From the IMG/VR virus record IMGVR_UViG_3300032282_002017, positions 2,531-66,530 of that record: a DNA stretch of 64,000 nucleotides; one strand, given 5' to 3'. This DNA comes from a virus. Positions 9,501-18,500 of this stretch are shown piece after piece. Every line of letters begins with the position of its first letter. The stretch's first letter is position 1. The position numbers were made by a program, and so were the translations under genes. A model generated the notes under the pieces. It was given only the letters and a program-made list of their open reading frames with translations, made no database searches and was not told the DNA's origin.

Positions 9501-12500
9501 AGTCGCTGATTCGCAGTATGCGGAACACGGTTCCTTTTGGCAATCCTAACCACCCTGAAACAATCGCCTTTAATGCCGCTAAGGATGAACTGGCCGCTGG
9601 CCCTAAAATCACGCAACGCAGACTGGTGAATCCAGATGGATCATTTTTGGCTGAATCGCAAATCAGCAAGACTGCTATGGACTACGCGGAGCATTTGATT
9701 GCTTCGCAAAAAAGCCAGCCTACCAAACCAATCACTCCCCCAGTGGAGACGCCGACGAACGCTACCGAAGGCAAGCCCATGTCGGGAGACAGCGGCAGCG
9801 TGGCTGGCTTATCAGTTCCACTAACGGCAAAAGTTACCAAGGTTGGCAAATCGGATTTTCCTGCCCAACACGGAGCCGCATATCAAGTATCATTTAACAA
9901 CGGTTCAATTGGATTTATTGCCAACAAAAAGCAATCCATTCCAACTTCCGACCCATCAGTTTTCATAACAAGGCCGGATGACTACATTGAAGACAGCCTT
10001 GGTGGCAACGACAACATTTCAGTTATTGTTGATGGCACCTCTGATGAGGGTACTGGAATGAAGGTACATGATCTTCCGAAAATTATTCTGGATAGCTGGG
10101 ATTATTCCAAGCCGCCATTAGATAATGTGAAGTCTGCCTTGGCGCTTTTCTATAAAAAGCATAAGAGCGCATTCCAAGCAAGTCAGTACCCAAGCGCAAT
10201 TGGAACGATTGCTCTAAGCGTCAATTATCCAAAAGGAAGCGGCAAGTTTGAAGGAAAAACATTGGTTGTTACTGTTGGCGACACTATTGCGTTAGTTGAC
10301 GGAAAGCCCATTCAGACATTGGGCAAGGTTTATATCTCCCCAAATGGCGACGTTTTAGGTATAGACCCATTTAAGTTTAAGGGGGTAATGCAAGCGCCAT
10401 TTACAATCACAGATGCAACTAACAAGTCTGTTGTGATTGCATCAGATGGACTTTCAAAGGCTATTCAGGACAATCCAAATGGAACAATTGAAGAGTGGCT
10501 AAATCATCCTGAAACACAACACAAGGGCATTCTTCAAGATGATGTCTCAGTGATTGATCTTCGCCAAGCCAAGATTTCCCTAGCGCCACAATCCACCGAA
10601 AAAGCTGAAAAGCCTTCCGCCACTCAAGAAATCGTCACTCGTCTCAATTCCGCATCTTCGCGTGATGAAGCCCGCGAGATACTAAGTGGCGTCAAAGACC
10701 TGCTTGCGCTCAAAGAAGTGGCGAAAGCGATGAATTACCCGACAACAGGCATCAAAAAGGACGTGGTAAATCGCCTCGTTGCCGCAGTTGGTTCGCGTGC
10801 TGATGGTAAAGCTATTCGCGGTGATAACCCACGCATCTTAAATACCCCAACGATTGTTCGCACGCCTGAACAACAAGCGGCCTTTGATGAAGAACGTCGC
10901 TTGGAAAATGAGCGCGCAAAAGAGCTTGACGTAAATATTCCAAAAAAGAAGCCACGCACCGCCGAAGAATTTGCCCGTGATATGGAAGCGATTATGGCCC
11001 CATCTCAAGGAGAAACGCCAAGCGCGAAAGTTGATCTTACTCAAAACCCTCTGGTTCGCGGCGATGAAGCGCCCGTTACAAGGCAACCGTTCCCGGCTAG
11101 TAGTCAGGACACAATGCTCCCAACTAACCCCAAGGTTGAGGCGGGCGTATCGGCATTGCAAAATATCATCTCGGAATTACCAGTTGGCGCTCAAGCAAAG
11201 TACACTACCGAAGTGCTTTCCAAAGCCGCCAAGTTCTTTGAATCAGGCAATTCCGCCGATTTGGACGGTCTAACATCCATCCAAAAGACCAAGATTAACG
11301 AAGCTCGCTACCGCAGTAATGCGGCGGCAGAAGCCCAAGAAAAGGCTGAACGTAAGCTCTACGAAAAGAAGCTACGCGAGGAAGAGAAGGAAAACGCTCG
11401 CCTTGAAAAAGAACGCGCTGAACAGGAGAAATTGACCGAATCTCGCCGTGAATCGCTAGATTCCATCATCGGAACTCCAACAGGTGTCGAAATGAACGCC
11501 GTAAGCCCTATGGACGGGCAAGAAAGCCTCGCGCTTGTTCACAACTCAGGCGATGTTCCCGGTGTCCTGAATGCCTTTGTCGGCACATCCAAAGAGTTCT
11601 TGGCGAATAAGCAGAACGAGAAGGACTTCCCCGAACTCTACAAGATCATCAAAGCTGGACGTGTAGATGAGGGCAATTTCGCTTACGGCAGAGCTTTTGT
11701 CTTTACAGACGGCATCGGAGTCAACGCTAGTGATCGCGCAAACGCTACAAAGCTCGGTATTACGCCTTCAGTTGCCGCTGTACGTCGTGTGCTCATTCAC
11801 GAAGGTCTTGTTCACCGTGGCATCTACGGCCTGCCAGCGAGGCTGCAAATGCAAATACTGCAATGGGTGCGGCAGAATGCTACACCGCAAGAGCTTGATG
11901 CACTTGCCAAGGATTACCCGCAATACGCCGATTGGGCAACAAATCCGCAGCAGATGCTTGGCCTTGCTGAAGAGTTCCTTGCAAAAAAGGTCGAGAAGAT
12001 GACGAAGTTTCCGACTAGCGGGCCACTTGCTCGCCTTGTGGAGATTTTGAAGGACATTTGGCGCTATATCACGGGCAAAGATGGTGAGCCTACGGTGAAG
12101 AATTTGCGTGATGTCGTGAAGCTGTTGAAAGCGGGCGCTAAGGCGGCTGATGCGAGGCTTGTGAATGGTGGCGGGATTAAGATGAGCCAGCTTCGTGCGC
12201 AAGGCTTTGTCACGCCTGAGATGGATGCGGAGTATGCCAAGGCGATTGCTGATGGCGACGTTGCCAAGCAGCAGGCGATGGTGGATTCGGCGGCGAAGGC
12301 GGCTGGGTATAACGTGTTTAATGTCGGCAATGGTATTGTTTACGAAAAGGGCGATGAGCCGACTACTGTTTATGGCCCAAGAGACAATGTAATGTCTCAC
12401 GGTGGAGAAATGGGATTCTATTTCTCAGATTCTCCTAAAGTGTGGGCTGATTATTCCAAGCCAAGGCGTGCTGGCGAGAAGGGCAAAATCAATCGTGTTT

Positions 12501-15500
12501 CTTTGAGCTTAAAGAAGCCATTGGTATTCGCACAGGAAAACATCTCATATGACAATTTTAAGGCGAAGATGATTGAATCTGGCGTGACTTTGCCAGCCAT
12601 TGTATCAAGCCGCCTTGATAGGCTTGTAAACGGTGGTCTTGGTAAGGTTCAGCCTGTGTGGTTCTGGCTACATCCAACCCATGTTGGCGCTGGCGCTGAA
12701 TACGGAAGCGCTTTGCGAGATGCTTTTGTGAAAGCTGGATACGATGGCATTATTCATCCTGATAGCTCGCTTATTGAAGGCGGTTTAGATGAGCCAGCAA
12801 CCTCCCATGTTGTCTTCAACCCCAACCAAATCAAATCCGCCGACCCCATCACCCGCGATGACAACGGCCAAGTAATCCCCCTCTCGCAACGCTTTAACGC
12901 GGCGAAGGCGGATATTCGGGAGTCTCGTATCTCCTACACAAACCCGCTCGATGCCCAACTAGCTTCCGCGTCTGAAAGGATGCGGCAGATGAGGGAGAAG
13001 GTGGTGACGCAAGAGGTTGAGCCTTCGCTGGGCGGTCTTTCTGAGGCGGAGGTTGTGATTCCAACAGCATTTAGAGGACAAACCACGCCTTTTGAAGGTA
13101 AGATTCCCAAAGGAGGTCTGCATTTTAGCAGCGATGAAGACTATGCTCGTAGTTACATGCTGGATGGGTTTAGCAACATTGCGGGTGAAGAGTCATCAAT
13201 TACATCTGGAAGTTTGTTGTTCCGCAATCCGCTCGATCTTCGGGGGGTTAAAACGAAAGTGCAGGCAGAGGCATCATTTGCAAAAGCTGGCATTCCCCTA
13301 TCAACCAAGGTGCGTCTATACCCATTCACCCAAAATGAGGAATACAAAGGAGAGAAAACTTTGCGCGAATGGTTCGCGTTTCTTGATTCCGCGATTGATG
13401 GCTTTGGCCCAGATTTCTCCCCAAATGAGGCTCTCACCGATCATCTTGGGGAAGCCATCAGGCCATTTGTTGACGGGATTATTTTTGACGAGCACGGCAA
13501 TCCTAAAACCACTAGCTATGTCATTTTTAACAGTTCTCAGTTCTCTACTAGAAACCCTGAATCCTCGCGTGCCGCAGGTAGCATGTCACCCGCACAAGTC
13601 CGCACCGAAATCCGCAAGGCTTATGATACCGCCATTCAAGGTAGCGGCAGCGTTCAAGCGTCGTTGCAGCAAGTTTACGACACGGCTAAAGAGGCGATTC
13701 CAACGCTGACAGAGAAGCAATTTGGCGAGCAAGTACAGGCGCTTTACGAAGACGGTAGCGCGTTCCTTGTGCCAACCGATAGAAGCTCGGATATGCTTGC
13801 GGCAGGCGAGAAATGGGGCGTTTATGATGTAGCGGGATTGCCTGCGAGTTATTTGGGCGTGATGCCATCTCAAGAAACGAATTATGAAAACGACATTCGA
13901 GCTAATACTACTAGCCTCAGACCAAGAGGCACAATGGAACCTCGCGGCGGAACGGAAAAGTATGGCGCTACTACTCCGCAATTATCGCCAAAGGACAAAT
14001 CGCCAAGAGCGAATACTCTCAGAGCAGTGGTGGATGAACGAGTATGGCGAAACCTCTCGCCAGACCAGAAAAAGAATGCTCTTGACGATTTCGGAGCAAA
14101 GCGGTTGGAAGGAATTGCGGCCAACTCAAAGCTTGTTTCTTCATCATACAGAATTGCCAAAGCGCCATCAGATCATGCTTTTGCAGCACTCCTTCCAGAG
14201 ACTAATGCCGAGAGGCTGGTGGTCGAAATAAACCCATCTATTGATCCAAAGCATCCTATTTTGCAAAAGTCGGCATTGGAGGCTCACGCCTTCATGTATG
14301 ATATGATGCAGGAGGAAATGATTCATTTTGCACAGCACTACAACGCTTGGCAGCAATGGGTTAAGAGTGGCGCTAAAGGCTCCGTGGTGGCATTTGAAAA
14401 CAAGCATTTCAATGACCAAATCAATGAGTTGATGGCCCAAAGGAATGCCGCGATTCAAAACGGTGATTCCAACGCTGCTCGCAAAATTGATACCGCGCTC
14501 ATTCACGCTTGGAACCTTTATGATCCTAGCCGCCAAGTTTCTACACTTGACCAGCTTGGCAACGCTCTTGGTGATGCCAAGGTAAGGATGCCTGAGTTCA
14601 TGATGGAAGTCACTCGCCAGCTTGTGCAAATCGGCAGGCAGGACTTCACGACAGAAACAGGATGGGCGAAGTTTAGAGATATGCTCGTCAAATGGGCAAA
14701 CGATGTGCTTAATTCTCTGCGCAATACGCTTGCTAGCGTGAGAAGCGGTGAATTTGGACAACTGCTTAAAGACGAAGTTGCCAACATTGAGCGAATTGTT
14801 AATCAGATTGAAACTGGCGATGGCGTTCTTCCATCTCAAGAAAGTCCAATTGTTAAAGCGACACCAATTGACCAAAATGCACTCAAATCCATTATCGACA
14901 AAGCGGCCAGCAAACCCATCAGTGATGATAGCATTAAGAGCTTCATTCGCGATACCGTTGCCTTGCACGGGGCATTATCCAAAGTGCGGATGGCAAGATT
15001 CGACCCAAATGCCCCTTTACAGGTCATGCCTCATGAGAATGGTGAACTCGTCATGGGACTCGGAGAGGGGCAGGCAAGACAAATTATACGCGATTCGGGT
15101 TCTTCGGAGGCTGGCTTCCGCTATATCGCGGATGCAATTGAAGAGGAAATAATTCATCTTGCGGATTATTTAGCGATAAGGTCAAAATGGGAGTCTCAAG
15201 GAAGCAAGGGGAACTTTATTGTCTTTGCTCAACGTGAAACACAAAGGCTCACCAAGGATTTGCAGGACGTTGCAAAAACACTTTCAGATTCCGACAAAGA
15301 AGCGTTGCGAAAAACTCTTGGGGCAACAGTGGCCTCGTATCACGACAAAAGCGAAATTGCTAACGCAAGCCTTGAGCAATTGATACAGCTTTCTGCCAAT
15401 ACTTCGGCCCCCATGTTTGCTCATTCAGAGTTAATTCGCTCGCTTATTCAAGCCAAACGCTCCGGCGAAATTACAGCCACGGGATATAAACGCATTGCAA

Positions 15501-18500
15501 ACACGCTCGTTAAATGGCTTCAGGATGCGCTTAATTGGCTAAAGCAAGCCTATGGTCAATCCCGCAGCGGTGGATTTGGTAATGTGCTAGCACAACGTAT
15601 TCAGGATACCGAACAGCAGCTTGAGATGCTTGGTGTGATGCCGACTGAGATTAAGGCGAGCAAAGCTCAAAAGGATGTTGATACAGCTATTCACTCCGCC
15701 CGTGGAATTACTGGCAAGGTTGATAAAATCGTCAATGGGCTTCCTGCCAACTCTTACACTGGAAAGCCTTTGCAAGATGCCATGTCGCAATCCTTTGCTC
15801 CACTTGGAAGTCAAAAGTTTTACGATGAAACCAAATCTCTCATCGTTGCTGCTATTGATGACATGGTTAAGCGCGGCATTGATTCCGGTGACATTCTAGC
15901 AACGGTTATCCAGCCCGATTTCACAGAGGAAGCAATGAAGGGGTGGAATGAGTCGGCTAAATCAGTCGCGAAAAGCATCTACTTCAATCACGGGCTTCTT
16001 CTAGCTATCCAAAAGCAGGAACAATTGATGAACGATGGCGATATTACAGCCGCCAATAATCAACAGGACAAGATTGATGCGTGGTCGAAGTTCTGGTTCA
16101 ATCTAACCAATAACTTTGGCGTCACGGGCAATGCTATTCAAAGAGCAATGGAAGACCCCGCGTATCAGGGGCTTTACTTACTAACCAACTTTGCCGCACA
16201 GACTCAAAAGGGCCAAAAGGAAGTCACAGATTCAAATGTGGCAAATCCAAACGAAGTTGCCAAAGACATCAACGATGCTGGCGCAAAGTCTAAAGATGAT
16301 GCCGATTCGGATGTTGCTGATGCCTTGACTGGCATTCAGTTTGAAGATGAAATTGCCGCTGGTGAAGCTGCATTGACGCCAGAAAACAGGACTCTTTGGG
16401 AGAGAGCTAAAGCGATTCTTCGCTCACTTGCTAGAATTGCCAAGGCGGAGACTTTCTTTGCCGCCAAAGGCATCAAGGCATCCAATGCGGCTGAATCCGC
16501 AGATGAAGAAGTTGCTCGCTATATTCAAATGGGGCCAAAGGGTGTCGGCGTGCTGAAAGCCAAGCTACAAAAAGAGTTCGGCAGCATTGTTGCTAAACTT
16601 ACCGGAACCGAAAAGACGGCAACTCCGCGCAAACCACGCACCCCAAAAGAAGAAGCGGTTCATCCGTTGATCGCTCGCATGATTGCGAGAACAGCGGCCA
16701 AGCTCAATGCTGGCACGAATCTGGATGCTGCTTTGGCTGATTTGATGCCCGAAGCGCCTTCATATCGCGACAGAATCGTTGATGACGTAGTTTCTGGTAT
16801 TGTTGGCCGCGCAAATCGCTCCATTAAGAAGCCTGTTGCACCAAAAACATTGGCGGACTTGACCAAACAGCTTAAAAGGATTCTCAGCGAGAATATCAAG
16901 GTTGAACCAAAAACCATTCCAGAAGAATCGCTTGGCAAGAAGGCGTTGCGAGCATTTGGATATGTTGCATCCAATGAGCAAATCGTTGAGGACGCTTGGA
17001 ATAAGGCCAGAAACAAGGTGCAAGAAACACTCCAAGAAGAAAATAAAGATGCCACGCCAGAAGAAATTGAGACTCTACTGAACTCATTGATGAGCGAGGT
17101 TCCGAAACAGCTTTACTCATCATCTCAGGCTAGGTCTATTATTCGGGAGTCTTTGGAAGGTGGTAAATTTGACAATTCCAAGGAGATTTTAGATGATGTG
17201 AATGGCGCTCGCGATGCTGTTCTCAAAAGCATTGAGGACGCGGTAAAACAAGAGAAGGCAGCTAATCCAGATCAATTCCAACACGATCCTAGCTATGAAA
17301 AGTCCTATATCCTCAATGAATTTAACGCTCTTGTTGCCGATTTGCAGAAGGCTAGAGACGCTGGAATTGCAGCATCTAACAAAGCCGTTCGTGATGCCGT
17401 ATTTGGTGCTGATGCACAAAAGGCGCTCAAGATCATCGTTCGCAAACTCACGGCGGTTCGTCCCGGTATTGATGCGCCACTTGCGCCAGCATTGGCATGG
17501 AAGCGCCTGTTTGAAATGACACAAACAGATCAGGGTCAAATCAAAGGCCGCATGTTTGACATCGTTAAAGACGAGCCTGCATTTGCCGACTTAGACAATG
17601 CTGATAAGCAAAAGCTGGCCGATATTCTTGAAAAGGCTTGGGATGCTCGCCGCGCACAAGTGTTGGAAAAAGAATTTGATCGCTTGAGAATCAAACATCG
17701 CAACCGCATGACCAAAAAGGCGGCAAAAGTGTTTGATAAGCGTCCAGCCATCCTACGAAAGATTGATTCAGGCGTATTTGATTATGACGACCTAGCAGTT
17801 CTGGTTGGAGAGGAATTTGGCATTAAACCTCTCACCGCCGCTGAAAATAAACGCGCCAAGGAAATCTCCGCACGCCTAAGTGAAGATATTTCACCACATG
17901 AGCGCACGAAGCTGCAAAACGAGCTTCAAGAGATGATGGTCAATAAAAACCTGTCTCTTGGCGAAATGCTCAAAGCATGGTGGATTAGCGCCGTGCTTAC
18001 AGGCCCAAGAACTGCGTTTACAATCGGGTGGAGCTTCCTGTCGGGCGGTTATGAACTTATGGGCCACGCGGCAACCGTTTTGCTTAATCCAAAGATGTCT
18101 ATGGCGGAAAAGGGTGCTGCCATTGGAGACTCTATCAAAAACTGGTGGAGCAGCATTGGCCCCGAACTGCGCAGCGCATACATGTACGTCTTGACTGGAG
18201 ACAAGACGCTTCAAGACCCTGCCGCACTTATGCAGTCAGCGTTCTTTGACAACCAATTCCGTAAAGAGATGGGGCGTTTCTCGTTCTCCGTTGCTGAGAA
18301 AATGATTGCCAGCAAGAATCAACTCGTTCGCTACGCAGGTTGGTTTATGACTTATGGAAGCCGTATTTTGAATGCGCTGGACGCTTTCAACTTTAACATC
18401 ACCAAAGCAGGCTCAGCGCCATTGGTGTATTCGATGCTGAACAATAGCTACCAAGCTGGCAGTTTCCAGACATCTAAGCTGTTCAAAGAGGCTCGCAAAA

